A stretch of DNA of 64,000 bases from Deltaproteobacteria bacterium. GTDB taxonomy: Bacteria > Myxococcota_A > Polyangia > Polyangiales > Ga0077539. How positions within the stretch are numbered: position 1 is the stretch's first letter; every line of letters begins with the position of its first letter. The translations under genes and the position numbers were made by a program. The notes beneath the pieces are model-generated. The model saw only the letters and a list, made by a program, of their open reading frames with translations. It was not told where the DNA came from and did no database searches. Location: positions 7,259-71,258 of the forward strand of contig JACRDB010000098.1 of assembly GCA_016218725.1 (NCBI GenBank), in the 5' to 3' direction. This document shows, in pieces, positions 38,569 through 48,807 of this stretch.

Positions 38569-38979
38569 ATGGCACAACCCGGAAAAGCCCCTCCCTGTGA
38601 CCACGATCACGACCACGACTGCCAGACCTGCGGGGCCCCGCCCCGGGCGGGCCTGGCCGCGTGCCCCTTCTGCAAGGCGGGCTACCCCGGCGCCGAGGCC
38701 GGCGCCCTGTGCCCCGGCTGCCGCTGCCTGAACGAGGCCGGTCGCACCGTCTGCGCCCAGTGCCAGGACTCCCTCACGCGCACCTGTGTGTTCTGCCAGG
38801 CCCTCGGGCGGCTGGACCAGGCCCAGTGCCCCCGGTGCCACGAGGTCTTCGAGGGCGCCGAGGACCGCAAGAGGCTGCGGGATGCCCAGCGCGCCCAGGT
38901 CCCGACCCACGGCACCCCCAGGGCGGACCCCTCCGGGGCCGGGGTCTTCAACGCCCTCAACGACATTCTCAAGCGCTGA
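38569..38979 (+). CDS. Double-zinc-ribbon protein (six CxxC)
   Basis: CQTC, CPFC, CPGC, CAQC, CVFC, CPRC, preceded by HDHDHD. Confidence 0.75.
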   Translation: MAQPGKAPPCDHDHDHDCQTCGAPPRAGLAACPFCKAGYPGAEAGALCPGCRCLNEAGRTVCAQCQDSLTRTCVFCQALGRLDQAQCPRCHEVFEGAEDRKRLRDAQRAQVPTHGTPRADPSGAGVFNALNDILKR

Positions 38980-39053
38980 GGGGGTGACCGTTCCTTCCGG
39001 GCCCCGATCGGCGTACTCTCCGGCGCCGACAGGCCGCACCCGAAGGAGGTCCC

Positions 39054-40253
39054 ATGTCATTCAGCAAGGCGTTCTTCAGCTTCATGAAGGGCGAGCGTTC
39101 CCAGGCGGAGCTCGACGCGTATCGCCAGGCGATGCGCCACATCGACGACCTGGAGGCCGCCATCCAGATGCAGGTGCTCAACCGCCCGCTGGAGCCCGGC
39201 CAGGGGCCCTGGTCCCGCCCGCACAACCACCAGCAGGCCATGGCCTTCACCTGGATCGCCCGGGGCCTGGCCACCATCGCCACCACGCTCCTGGACAGCG
39301 ACGCCCGCGAGGACCCGGGCACCGTGGGGTACCTCCCGCTGGTGACCTTCGGCCAGGTGAAGGAGCTGTACGTCCAGGTGCCGCAGTTCATCCAGCGCGC
39401 CTGGGAGGCCCTGGCCAACCCCAGGTACCGCGCGGACAAGCCCCTGCCCATGCCCCTCGGGCCGAGGGTGGAGGCCGAGGGCAAGTGCCCGCTGGTGCAC
39501 CTGAAGGGCATCCACGCGGCGGCCACGGCGCTGGACCACCTGGGCCAGGCGCGCGTCGCCCACTACCTCCAGGCCGTGCAGAGCTGCGGCGTGGCCCCCA
39601 CCGAGGAGGTCAAGCAGGACCTGGCCGCCCTGGCCCAGATCTGGGCCCGCGCCCAGTCCAAGGTGGCCTTCAGCAGCCAGCAGATCATCATCGTGTCGCA
39701 GGGCCGGGACGTCCCCCTGGAGACCCACGAGGAGGCCGAGAACCGCCTCTGGGACGCCCTCTCGGACCATTTCCTCGCCGGGCAGTTCATCGCCATGCCG
39801 GAGCTCCTGCGCTCCGCCGCCGTGGCCGGGATGAACGCCACCGGTCGACAGCTCAAGCACGAGGAGCGCTGGTGCCTCTCGGAGCCCCAGGCCGTCAAGG
39901 ACCTGAAGAACACCCAGTTCGGCGAGATGGAGATCAAGGAGTTCTGGACCCGCAAGGGCTGGCGCACCACCCCCATGGAGGAGCGCTACCTCGCCCAGTG
40001 CGCGGCCTTCATGCGCGACGGGTCCATCTCCATCGTGTCGCGCTGGTCCACGTGCCCCTTTGACCCCGTGTACCAGACCCTCCAGCCGGTCTCCATCCTG
40101 GACCGGGCCATGGACCGCGGCACCGAGTTCCACCTCCACATGGACGAGAACGAGGACGAGCTCCAGGTCGGCTCCCCGCGCTTCCGCCGCACCAAGAGCT
40201 ACGAGGAGGAGCACGAGGAGGGCCACGTCGGCGACCAGAGCGGCCACCACTGA
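39054..40253 (+). CDS. Hypothetical cytoplasmic protein with acidic/His C-terminus
   Basis: AGGAGG RBS, strong GC3 codon bias, ends EEEHEEGHVGDQSGHH, 22 nt before the ATPase. Confidence 0.85.
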   Translation: MSFSKAFFSFMKGERSQAELDAYRQAMRHIDDLEAAIQMQVLNRPLEPGQGPWSRPHNHQQAMAFTWIARGLATIATTLLDSDAREDPGTVGYLPLVTFGQVKELYVQVPQFIQRAWEALANPRYRADKPLPMPLGPRVEAEGKCPLVHLKGIHAAATALDHLGQARVAHYLQAVQSCGVAPTEEVKQDLAALAQIWARAQSKVAFSSQQIIIVSQGRDVPLETHEEAENRLWDALSDHFLAGQFIAMPELLRSAAVAGMNATGRQLKHEERWCLSEPQAVKDLKNTQFGEMEIKEFWTRKGWRTTPMEERYLAQCAAFMRDGSISIVSRWSTCPFDPVYQTLQPVSILDRAMDRGTEFHLHMDENEDELQVGSPRFRRTKSYEEEHEEGHVGDQSGHH

Positions 40254-40275
40254 CACCCACCCACAGGTACGTAAA

Positions 40276-42831
40276 ATGTCCGACCACGACCACGGCCACG
40301 CACACGACGAGGGCCACGCGCACGGTCCTGGGTGTGGCCACGACCACGGGCCCGAGCACCAGGGCCACGGCCACGGCCACGACCACGACCACCACGGCCA
40401 CGACCACGGCCACGATCACGGTCATGGCCACGCGGCGCCGGAGCGCAGGTCGGGGCAGCGCCCGGCGGAGGACGGCAGCCCCGCGCTCCAGGTGGACATG
40501 GCCGCGGTGCTCGAGGGCGAGACCGACGAGGTCGGGCGCTTCCAGGTGCTGGAGCGGCGCCTGGAGGGCCAGAAGGGCATCAAGGACATCCACCTCCGGA
40601 ACGACCGGGGCTACCTGGAGCTGTGCGTCCACTATGACCCCGAGGTGTCCAGCTTCGAGGCGCTGGTGGCGCACATCAAGGAGGTGGGCAAGGACGTCTC
40701 CAAGCGGTACCGGGTGCAGCGGTGGTTCGTGCGCGGGATGGACAGCGCCCAGTGCGCCTACCACATCGAGTTCGCGCTGAACCGCACCAAGGGGGTGCTG
40801 GAGGCCAACGTGGCCTACGCCGCCGAGCGCGTGGTGGTGGAGTTCGACGGCGAGGTCATCAAGCCCGCGGCGATCGTGCAGAAGATCGAGACCCTGGGCT
40901 TCGACGTCGAGGAGCCCGAGGCGGGGCATGCGTGCTGCGCCCACGCCCACGCCGGGGGCCTGGCGCCCAAGCTGGAGATCCCGCTGTCCATCGCCGCGGG
41001 GGCGCTGCTCTTCCTCGGGCTCTCGCTGGAGAAGCTCCTCCCGGGCTCGCAGGTGCCCGCGCTGGTCCCCACGGTGCTCTACGGCATGGCGGCCGCGCTG
41101 GCGGGCTTCTTCCCGGTGCGCGGGGCCCTCACCGCCCTGCGGCTCAAGCAGGTGGACATCGAGACGCTGATGGTGCTCGCGGCGGTGGGGTCGTGCTTCC
41201 TGAAGGCGTTCTTCGAGGCGGGGCTGCTGCTGTTCCTGTTCAGCCTCGGGCATGCCCTGGAGCACCGCGCGCTGGACCGCGCCCGCCGTGCCATCGACGC
41301 CCTGGGCAAGCTCCGCCCGGAGACCGCCCGGGTGCGCCGGGAGGGCGCCATCGTCGAGGTGCCCGTCCCCGAGGTCAAGCGCGGGGACATGATCGTGGTG
41401 CGCGCCGGGGACCGCGTGCCCCTGGACGGGGTGATCAAGGAGGGCCGCTCGTCGCTGGATCAGGCCACCGTCACGGGCGAGAGCGTGCCGGTGTCCAAGG
41501 GCCCCGGGGAGCAGGTCTTCGCGGGCACCATCAACACCGAGGCCGTCCTCGAGGTCGAGGTGACCAAGCTCTCCTCGGAGTCGGCCATCGCCAAGGTGAT
41601 CGACCTGGTGACCCAGGCCGAGGCGCAGAAGTCCAAGACGCAGCGCTTCACCAAGAAGCTGGAGCAGCGCTTCGTGCCGATCGTGATGGTGGCCTCGCCC
41701 GCGCTGGGCGTGGCGCTCTTCGCGCTGGGGCACACGCTCCAGGAGAGCTTCCTGCGCGCCATGAGCCTGCTCGTGGCGGCGTCGCCGTGCGCCCTGGCGA
41801 TCTCCACGCCCGCGGCGGTGCTCTCCGCGGTGGCCCGCGCCGCCCGCGGGGGCGTGCTGATGAAGGGCGGGCTCCACCTGGAGACCCTGGGGAACATCAA
41901 GAGCGTAGCCTTCGACAAGACCGGCACGCTCACCATGGGCAAGCCGAGGCTCGTCTCCGTGGCCCCCGCCGAGGGCGTGGACGAGGCCACGCTCCTGGGC
42001 ACCGCGGCGGCGGTGGAGGCGCTCTCGTCGCACCCGCTGGCGCAGGCGGTGGTCAAGGGCGCCCAGGAGAAGGGCGTGGCCTTCACCCCGGCCCCGGGCT
42101 GCGAGACCGTCCACGGCAAGGGCCTGCGCTCCATGGTGGACGGCAAGGCCGTGGCCATCGGGAGCCTGGACCTCTTCGCCGAGGCCAAGGTGCCCGACGG
42201 CGTGGTGAAGGACGTCGAGCGCCTCCAGGAGGCCGGGCAGACCACCATGGTGGTGCGCAGGGGGCGGGACTGGCTCGGGGTCCTGGGCGTGGCGGACACG
42301 CTGCGGCCGGAGTCCAAGGCCACGCTCCAGGCCCTGCGGGCCATGGGCGTCACGCGCACGGTGATGCTCTCCGGGGACAACGCCCGGGTGGCCCGCGCCA
42401 TCGCCAGGGAGGTCGGCATCGACGATCCGCGCGCGCCCCTGATGCCCGAGGGCAAGGTGAGCGCGCTCAAGGAGCTGGCCCGAGAGGGCGGCGTGGCCAT
42501 GGTGGGCGACGGGGTGAACGACGCCCCGGCGCTGGCCGCGGCCTCCGTGGGCATCGCCATGGGCGGCGCCGGCAGCGACGTGGCCCTGGAGACCGCGGAC
42601 GTGGTGCTCATGGGCGACGACCTGCGCAAGCTCCCCTTCGCCGTGGGCCTGGCCCGCCAGGCCACCGCCGTGGTGCGCCAGAACCTGGTGATCTCCCTCG
42701 GGGTGAGCGGGGTGTTGGTGATCGCCACGATCTTCGGCTGGGTGCGCATCGCCCACGCCGTGGTGCTCCACGAGGGCAGCACCATGGTGGTCGTGCTCAA
42801 CGGCCTGCGGCTGCTGCTGTACGCACTGTAG
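40276..42831 (+). CDS. Heavy-metal P1B-type ATPase (SPC/HEG[S]T, P1B-4-like; Zn/Co/Cd)
   Basis: His-rich N-terminus, HMA-like domain, TGES, SPC, DKTGTLT, HP, GDGVNDAP, HEGST. Confidence 0.95.
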   Translation: MSDHDHGHAHDEGHAHGPGCGHDHGPEHQGHGHGHDHDHHGHDHGHDHGHGHAAPERRSGQRPAEDGSPALQVDMAAVLEGETDEVGRFQVLERRLEGQKGIKDIHLRNDRGYLELCVHYDPEVSSFEALVAHIKEVGKDVSKRYRVQRWFVRGMDSAQCAYHIEFALNRTKGVLEANVAYAAERVVVEFDGEVIKPAAIVQKIETLGFDVEEPEAGHACCAHAHAGGLAPKLEIPLSIAAGALLFLGLSLEKLLPGSQVPALVPTVLYGMAAALAGFFPVRGALTALRLKQVDIETLMVLAAVGSCFLKAFFEAGLLLFLFSLGHALEHRALDRARRAIDALGKLRPETARVRREGAIVEVPVPEVKRGDMIVVRAGDRVPLDGVIKEGRSSLDQATVTGESVPVSKGPGEQVFAGTINTEAVLEVEVTKLSSESAIAKVIDLVTQAEAQKSKTQRFTKKLEQRFVPIVMVASPALGVALFALGHTLQESFLRAMSLLVAASPCALAISTPAAVLSAVARAARGGVLMKGGLHLETLGNIKSVAFDKTGTLTMGKPRLVSVAPAEGVDEATLLGTAAAVEALSSHPLAQAVVKGAQEKGVAFTPAPGCETVHGKGLRSMVDGKAVAIGSLDLFAEAKVPDGVVKDVERLQEAGQTTMVVRRGRDWLGVLGVADTLRPESKATLQALRAMGVTRTVMLSGDNARVARAIAREVGIDDPRAPLMPEGKVSALKELAREGGVAMVGDGVNDAPALAAASVGIAMGGAGSDVALETADVVLMGDDLRKLPFAVGLARQATAVVRQNLVISLGVSGVLVIATIFGWVRIAHAVVLHEGSTMVVVLNGLRLLLYAL

Positions 42832-42862
42832 GCGGGTTGGCTACACCGTAGGCGCGCCGCCC

Positions 42863-43972
42863 TTATTGGTTTTTGCGCTCGTTGCGCTTCTTGATGAGAC
42901 CGACGGCGGCCTGCACGAGGCCCGAGGGGAGCCCTCGGGTGGCGGCGAGCTTTTTCACGTCGTGCTCCCGGAGGTAGTTCAGGAGCTTGAGCGTCTCGGA
43001 CAGCGGGGTCTTGGGGTTGAAGCAGAGGTTCAGCTTGATCTCGTAGTGCCGCGAGAAGCGCCGGTCCGAGGCGATCTTGCGCAGCACCTCGTCGCCCACG
43101 GAGCGGCTGCAGGCGAATTTCACCACCTCGTCGTCGTTGAGCTTGGGCGAGTCCAACACGGCGCCGGACACCATGCGGTTCGGCGAGCGCACCAGCATCG
43201 CCCGCTGCGCCGCGTTGCCCACCATGGCCATCCGGATGCGCTCCGTCACGGTCATCTCCAGGATGGACTTCTGCACCTTCTCCGCGTTGCCAGAGGTGCG
43301 AAAATCCCCGTCCTCGTCGTCGCCGAACTCGTCCTCGGTGAGCACCGAGGCCTCCGCCATGCTGGCCGCGAAGAACTCGTCGCCGGGCAGGGGCTCGTCC
43401 CCCGCCTCCGGGATGAGCTGGAGCTTGAGCGCCGCGACGATGCCCTCGAAGCCCGGGATGTTCAGCTTGAGCCCGTGCCGGGCCGCGAGCTCCACCATGC
43501 GGTCCGTGGTGGACATCCGCGTGCGCTCGTTGAAGTACAAGACCTCGATGATCTTCGGGCACCGCAGGAGCCGCTGCTCGTTCACGGCGAGGAGCTCCGC
43601 GGTGGCCTCGTCGCAGTGGGCGGCCACCCGGACCGCGGTGTCGTCCGAGGCGTTGGCGTGCCGCAGGACCCTGGACACCACCTCCGGGCGGGCGGCGTAG
43701 CGCGTGGCCAGCGCGTCCAGCACGGCGCCGGGCAGCTCCAGGCTCCCGAGGGCGCCCTGGAGCACCACCTCCGGGAGCGCGCCCAGGGACTTCACCGCGG
43801 TGTCCCGCAGGGCCTGGTCGGCGTCGTACGAGAGGGCGTACAGGGCGCTCACCAGGGCCACCGGCGGCAGCGGCGCCAGGCCCCGGGCCAGGAGCATCTT
43901 CATGGGCGCGGGGCCCGACAGCACCTTCCGGGCGGCCTCCGGCAGGAGGCCCGGGTCACACGGGTGTTCCAT
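42863..43972 (-). CDS. Conserved-looking alpha-helical repeat hypothetical protein
   Basis: Good codon bias, helical repeats, ERIRMAMVGN..RAMLVR..NPKTP. Confidence 0.8.
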   Translation of the reverse strand: MEHPCDPGLLPEAARKVLSGPAPMKMLLARGLAPLPPVALVSALYALSYDADQALRDTAVKSLGALPEVVLQGALGSLELPGAVLDALATRYAARPEVVSRVLRHANASDDTAVRVAAHCDEATAELLAVNEQRLLRCPKIIEVLYFNERTRMSTTDRMVELAARHGLKLNIPGFEGIVAALKLQLIPEAGDEPLPGDEFFAASMAEASVLTEDEFGDDEDGDFRTSGNAEKVQKSILEMTVTERIRMAMVGNAAQRAMLVRSPNRMVSGAVLDSPKLNDDEVVKFACSRSVGDEVLRKIASDRRFSRHYEIKLNLCFNPKTPLSETLKLLNYLREHDVKKLAATRGLPSGLVQAAVGLIKKRNERKNQ

Positions 43973-43999
43973 CCCCGCCAGCGTACCCCCGCCCGGGCC

Positions 44000-45412
44000 C
44001 TAGCGCACCTGGTGGATGCGCACGGAGTTGGTGCGGCCCTTCACCGCGATGGGCGCGCCGAACACCACCACGATGCGGTCCCCGGGGGCCACCCAGCCGT
44101 TGCCCAGGAGCTGGGCCTGGACGGCCTCCACCATCTCGTCGGTCTCCCGCAGGGGCTGGAGCACCCGGGAGGTCACCCCCCAGTAGAGCCCGAGCCTGCG
44201 CCGGATGAGCTCGCTCGGGGAGAACGCCACCACCGGCACCGACGGGCGCTCCCGGGACAGGAGCCGCGCGGTGTCCCCGCCCTGGGTGAAGGCCGCGATG
44301 AGCCTCGCGCCGGTGTCCCGGGCGGCCATCACCGCCATCCGGGCCGTGGCCTCGGAGAACGGTATCGGCGGGGGCGACGGCGGCGGCCCCTTGGGGCTGT
44401 AGTACGGCGAGTGCTCCGCCGCGGCGATGATCCGGGCCATCATGCTCACCGCCAGCGTGGGGTGCTCCCCGGAGGCCGTCTCGCCCGAGAGCATCGTGGC
44501 GTCGGCGCCCTCGAAGATGGCCGTGGCCACGTCGCTGGCCTCGGCGCGGGTGGGGCGCGTGCTGGACACCATGGAGTGCAGCATCTCCGTGGCCACGATC
44601 ACGGGCCTGCGGTGCAGCCCCGCGGAGGCGAGCACCCGGCGCTGGAGCACGGGCACCTGCTCCGGCGGGAACTCCACCCCGAGGTCCCCGCGGGCGACCA
44701 TCACCGCGTCGGAGGCTTCTACGATGGCGTCCAGGTGCTCGATCGCCTGCGGGGTCTCGATCTTGGCCACCACCGGGAGCTGGCGCCCCCAGGCCTCGGA
44801 GATGTCCCGCACGAGCTTCACGTCCTCCGGGGCCCGCACGAAGGACACGGCGATGTAGTCCACCCCGTGGGTCAGGGCGAACATCAGGTCCTGCTTGTCC
44901 TTGTCCGTGAGGGCGTCAAGCTGGAGGTTCCCCGAGGGGAGGTGCACGCCGACGCCCGTCCGGAGGTCCCCGCCCTCCTCCACGGTGACCCGCACCACCG
45001 GGGGGTCAATGGCCGTCACCCGGAGGCGCATGCGCCCGTCGTCCAGGTGGATGGTGTCCCCCTCGCGCAGGTCCAGGGCGAGGGTGGGGTAGCGCACGGG
45101 GACCGTGGCGTCGTCGCTGGCGTCGCCCGCCACGAGCTGCAGGGCCTCGCCGGGGCAAACCTCCCGGGGGGCCGGCAGGCGCCCCACGCGGATCTTGGGG
45201 CCGCAGAGGTCCCCGAGGATGGCCACGGCCTTGCGGAGCCGCTCGCTGGCCTCCCGGACCATGGTGATGGCCCGGGCGTGGTCCTCGTGGGACCCGTGGG
45301 AGAAATTGAGCCTGGCCACGTCCATCCCCGCGGAGATCAGGGCCTGGATCTTCTCCGGGGTGGCGCAGGCGGGGCCGAGGGTGCAGACGATCTTGGCGCG
45401 GCGGGGACCCAT
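44000..45412 (-). CDS. pyk: Pyruvate kinase
   Basis: RRAKIVCTLGP, ARLNFSHG, GPKIR, AKIE, MVARGDLGVE, TRAEASDV, MLSGETA. Confidence 0.97.
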   Translation of the reverse strand: MGPRRAKIVCTLGPACATPEKIQALISAGMDVARLNFSHGSHEDHARAITMVREASERLRKAVAILGDLCGPKIRVGRLPAPREVCPGEALQLVAGDASDDATVPVRYPTLALDLREGDTIHLDDGRMRLRVTAIDPPVVRVTVEEGGDLRTGVGVHLPSGNLQLDALTDKDKQDLMFALTHGVDYIAVSFVRAPEDVKLVRDISEAWGRQLPVVAKIETPQAIEHLDAIVEASDAVMVARGDLGVEFPPEQVPVLQRRVLASAGLHRRPVIVATEMLHSMVSSTRPTRAEASDVATAIFEGADATMLSGETASGEHPTLAVSMMARIIAAAEHSPYYSPKGPPPSPPPIPFSEATARMAVMAARDTGARLIAAFTQGGDTARLLSRERPSVPVVAFSPSELIRRRLGLYWGVTSRVLQPLRETDEMVEAVQAQLLGNGWVAPGDRIVVVFGAPIAVKGRTNSVRIHQVR

Positions 45413-45509
45413 TGGGTGCCCGGAGGGTAGCACAGGGGCTATACTCCGACGGATCACCCCAAGGCGGGGGCCTGGAACGGTCCCCGACCCTGCCGGAGCT
45501 TCAGCCTTG

Positions 45510-47702
45510 ATGCACCCTCGCCGTGTCGCATGCCTCGCGCTGTTCGCGCTCTTGATCACCGCCGGGGCGTGCAGCGAGAGCCCGCCGGGCTTCGCCGACG
45601 CGGCCGCCAGGGACGACCTCGGGGACGACCTCGGGGACGCCCTGGAGGACGCGCGGAGGGACGGCGCCATGGACGGGGGCGACGCCCGCGGGAGGGTGTG
45701 CGACCGCAGCACCCAGTGCGACGACGGGGTGCCGTGCACGCAGGACTTCTGCGGGCCCGACGGGCGCTGCGTGAACCTCCCGAACTCCCGGGTGTGCGAC
45801 GACGAGGTCTTCTGCAACGGGGTGGAGAGCTGCGACGCGCGGCGGGGCTGCGTGCGGGGCGCGCCGGTGTCCTGCAATGACAACTACACCTGCACCATCG
45901 ACCGCTGCGACGAGCCCACCAAGCGCTGCGTGCACTCGCCCCGGGACTTCGACCGCGACGGCGACCCGGACATCCATTGCATGGCCATCGAGTGCGGGGA
46001 CGCGGGGGTCCCGGAGCCCGACGCCGGGGTGCCCACGGCCTGCTGGCGCGGGGGCGACTGCGACGACACGAACCCGCGGGTGAGCTCGCAGCTCCCGGAG
46101 CTCTGCGGGGACATGATTGACAACAACTGCAACGGCCTGGTGGACGCGCGGGAGCCGGGCGGGTGCATGCGCCCGCCGCACGACCGCTGCGAGGACGCGC
46201 TGGACGTCTCCCGCGGGGGGCGCTTCACGGTGCGCACGCTGGGCACCGCGGGGGACTACCCCTTCCGCTGCGCGGGCGGGTCCATGCTCATGCGGGACGT
46301 GGTGCTGCGGCTCCGGCTGGACAGCCCCCGGGACCTGAGCCTGACGGCCAACACCTCCGGCGCGGCGGTGTACCTGGCCTTCGAGACGGCGTGCGGCACG
46401 GCGATGCCCGCGGAGGTGCGGGAGTGCACCGTGGGCCTCCCGGCGGTGTACCGCGCGAGGAACCTCCCGGCGGGGACGTACTACATCCTCCTCGGGCTCT
46501 CCACGGGGCCCATGACCGCGGGGGACCTGGACGTCACCGTGGACCTCACGGCGGCCACGCCGCCGCCCACCAACGACACCTGCGCCACGCCCATCGTGAT
46601 CCCGCCCACGGGCGGGACCTTCATGGGTGACCTGATTGGCGTGGCGGACGACGTGCGCACGCGCTGCGGCGGGAGCAACCCGGACGTGGTGTACTCGCTC
46701 ACGCTGACGGAGCCGCGGGACGTGACCGTGAGGGCCTCCGGGGGCCGCTCGGACAGCGTGCAGGTGTCCCTGGTGGACCGCTGCGTGCTGAGCCCGATGA
46801 CCATCCGGTGCGACTCCGCGGTGCCCTCGCAGTTCATCGCGCACCAGCTCCCGGCGGGGACGTACTACGTCATCGTCGAGGGGCGCAACGTGCCGATGTT
46901 CACGCTGGACGTGACGGTGACGCCCGCGACGCCGCCGCCGCCCGGGGACACCTGCATGGACCCGCTGCCGCTCGCCTCGGGCGCCACGGTGATGGGCACG
47001 CTCATGGGCCGCGAGGGGGACGTGACGCTCTCGTGCTCGGGGAGCTCCGGGCGGGACGTGGTGTACCGCTTCACGCTCGCCGAGCGGTCCGACGTGAACC
47101 TCACGGCGCGCGGCGGGACCGGCGATTTCTTCTACCTCGGGGTGCAGACCGCGTGCGGGGACCGGACCACGGAGCGGGGCTGCCGCTTCGGGAGCCCCGC
47201 GCGGCTCACGGCGCGGGGGCTGGACCCCGGGACGTACTTCGCGGTGCTGCGCGGCACGGCCCCGAGGGACTACTCGCTCACGCTGGACGCGCGGCCGCCC
47301 CTGACGCCCATGGCGGTGATGGGCAACGACACCTGCGCCCTGGCCGCGGCGATCCCCTCGGGGGGTGGGCTCTACACCGGCACCACGGTGGGGCTCCGGA
47401 GCGACTTCATGTTCCCGTGCGCGCCGGGGGCCATGGCCGAGGACGCCGTGTTCCGCTACCACGCGGACGTGCGCCAGCGGGTGAGCTTCTCGCTGGAGGG
47501 CTCGGCCTTCGACACGGTGATGATGCTCACCCGCGCGGACGCCTGCCCCGGCATGGTGCTGGCCTGCAACGACGACGCCATCGGGCTCGCCTCGGCCTTC
47601 GAGCTGGTGGTGGACCCCGGGGACTACTACCTGTACGTGGGCGGCTTCTCCACCGCGGCCCGCGGGGCCTACACGCTCACGGTGCTGACCACGCCGCCGT
47701 GA
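45510..47702 (+). CDS. Cys-rich lipoprotein with putative metal-binding (DCDD..ELC.DxIDNNC) motif and four PPC-like domains
   Basis: Lipobox AGAC, CTxDxC repeats, repeated DTC...DVVY...GTYY modules. Confidence 0.85.
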   Translation: MHPRRVACLALFALLITAGACSESPPGFADAAARDDLGDDLGDALEDARRDGAMDGGDARGRVCDRSTQCDDGVPCTQDFCGPDGRCVNLPNSRVCDDEVFCNGVESCDARRGCVRGAPVSCNDNYTCTIDRCDEPTKRCVHSPRDFDRDGDPDIHCMAIECGDAGVPEPDAGVPTACWRGGDCDDTNPRVSSQLPELCGDMIDNNCNGLVDAREPGGCMRPPHDRCEDALDVSRGGRFTVRTLGTAGDYPFRCAGGSMLMRDVVLRLRLDSPRDLSLTANTSGAAVYLAFETACGTAMPAEVRECTVGLPAVYRARNLPAGTYYILLGLSTGPMTAGDLDVTVDLTAATPPPTNDTCATPIVIPPTGGTFMGDLIGVADDVRTRCGGSNPDVVYSLTLTEPRDVTVRASGGRSDSVQVSLVDRCVLSPMTIRCDSAVPSQFIAHQLPAGTYYVIVEGRNVPMFTLDVTVTPATPPPPGDTCMDPLPLASGATVMGTLMGREGDVTLSCSGSSGRDVVYRFTLAERSDVNLTARGGTGDFFYLGVQTACGDRTTERGCRFGSPARLTARGLDPGTYFAVLRGTAPRDYSLTLDARPPLTPMAVMGNDTCALAAAIPSGGGLYTGTTVGLRSDFMFPCAPGAMAEDAVFRYHADVRQRVSFSLEGSAFDTVMMLTRADACPGMVLACNDDAIGLASAFELVVDPGDYYLYVGGFSTAARGAYTLTVLTTPP

Positions 47703-48807
47703 GCCTGACCCGGGCCGCCGCCCACGCCACCAGCGCCGCGGCCACCACGGCGTTCTCCAGCGGCTCCCTCGCCGCGGCGAGGCGCCCGCCGTCCCCGAGC
47801 GCCAGGAGCGCGTACACGAGCACCGTCGCGGGCGTGAGCGGCGCCAGGAGGGCCACCGCCAGCGGCCCGTCGAGCGCGCGCCCCGCGGGGTCCGTCACGC
47901 GAAACGCCGCGCCTGCCGCGGGCTCCCAGCGCGCGCGGCCCAGCCAGTCGAGGCGCTCGCCCCACGCGCCCAGGGCGCTCGCCCAGCGCGTCTCGGGGTC
48001 CCAGCGCACGCCCCAGGCGCGGTCCCCGACGGGCCCGAAGGCGAAATACCCGAGGAGCATCAAGAAGCTGAAGAGCTGCGGGAAGAGCCACTCCTGCATC
48101 GCGCAGTGCAAGAGGGCCCCCGCGGCCAGGGCCGCCCCTCGCCACCGGGGTGACACCAGGAACAAGGGCAGCGTGGCCTCGCCCGCGGTGACGCCCACGT
48201 CCACCAGGCTCGCGACCCACGGCACGGACACCAGCGGCGCCAACAACCCGTTCCACCACCCGTGGTGCTGCGAGGGCTGGCGCACCGTGGCGGCCCAGCG
48301 GAGCACCTGGCCGGTGCCGCTCCACCACGGGTGCGTGAGCTTCACCAGCACGCTCCCCAGGTACACCACCTGCAACTGCGTGCGCACAAGCCACGGCAGG
48401 AGCGGGCCCTCGTCGGGCAGCGGCGCGCGGTCTTCCTTGAGGAGCCACCGGAGGCCCGCCCGGGGCCCCGGCGTGAATGCGCAGGCGCCCACCAGGAGCC
48501 ACAGGAGGTAGAGGTTGTTGTGCCAGGTCGCGGGCACCAGCGCGTAGAGCCCGGCGAGGGCGCCGAGCACCAGCGCCCCGCTCGCGCGCCGCGGGTGGTC
48601 ATGGAGCAGCCCCAGAGCGCCAACGGCCGCCAGCGCCACCAGGGCCCACGGGGCCCAGAGGTATGCCTCGCGCCCGTAGGACCACACGGCGAAGCACCGG
48701 GACCACTCGGGCAGGTCGCTCCACAGCCCGAGGAGGCACAGCCACGCGACGCCCGCGCGCAGCGCCGCGGGGAGCCGCGCGTCCACGGGGCGGTCCAGGG
48801 CGCTCAC
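47677..48807 (-). CDS. HTTM-domain membrane protein (gamma-carboxylase/SdpB-like)
   Basis: WHNNLYL, QLQVVYLGSVLVKL..WWSG, LLHCAM...FSFLM. C-terminal DCC1-like region lacking CxxC. Confidence 0.75.
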   Translation of the reverse strand: MSALDRPVDARLPAALRAGVAWLCLLGLWSDLPEWSRCFAVWSYGREAYLWAPWALVALAAVGALGLLHDHPRRASGALVLGALAGLYALVPATWHNNLYLLWLLVGACAFTPGPRAGLRWLLKEDRAPLPDEGPLLPWLVRTQLQVVYLGSVLVKLTHPWWSGTGQVLRWAATVRQPSQHHGWWNGLLAPLVSVPWVASLVDVGVTAGEATLPLFLVSPRWRGAALAAGALLHCAMQEWLFPQLFSFLMLLGYFAFGPVGDRAWGVRWDPETRWASALGAWGERLDWLGRARWEPAAGAAFRVTDPAGRALDGPLAVALLAPLTPATVLVYALLALGDGGRLAAAREPLENAVVAAALVAWAAARVRLTAAWSAP

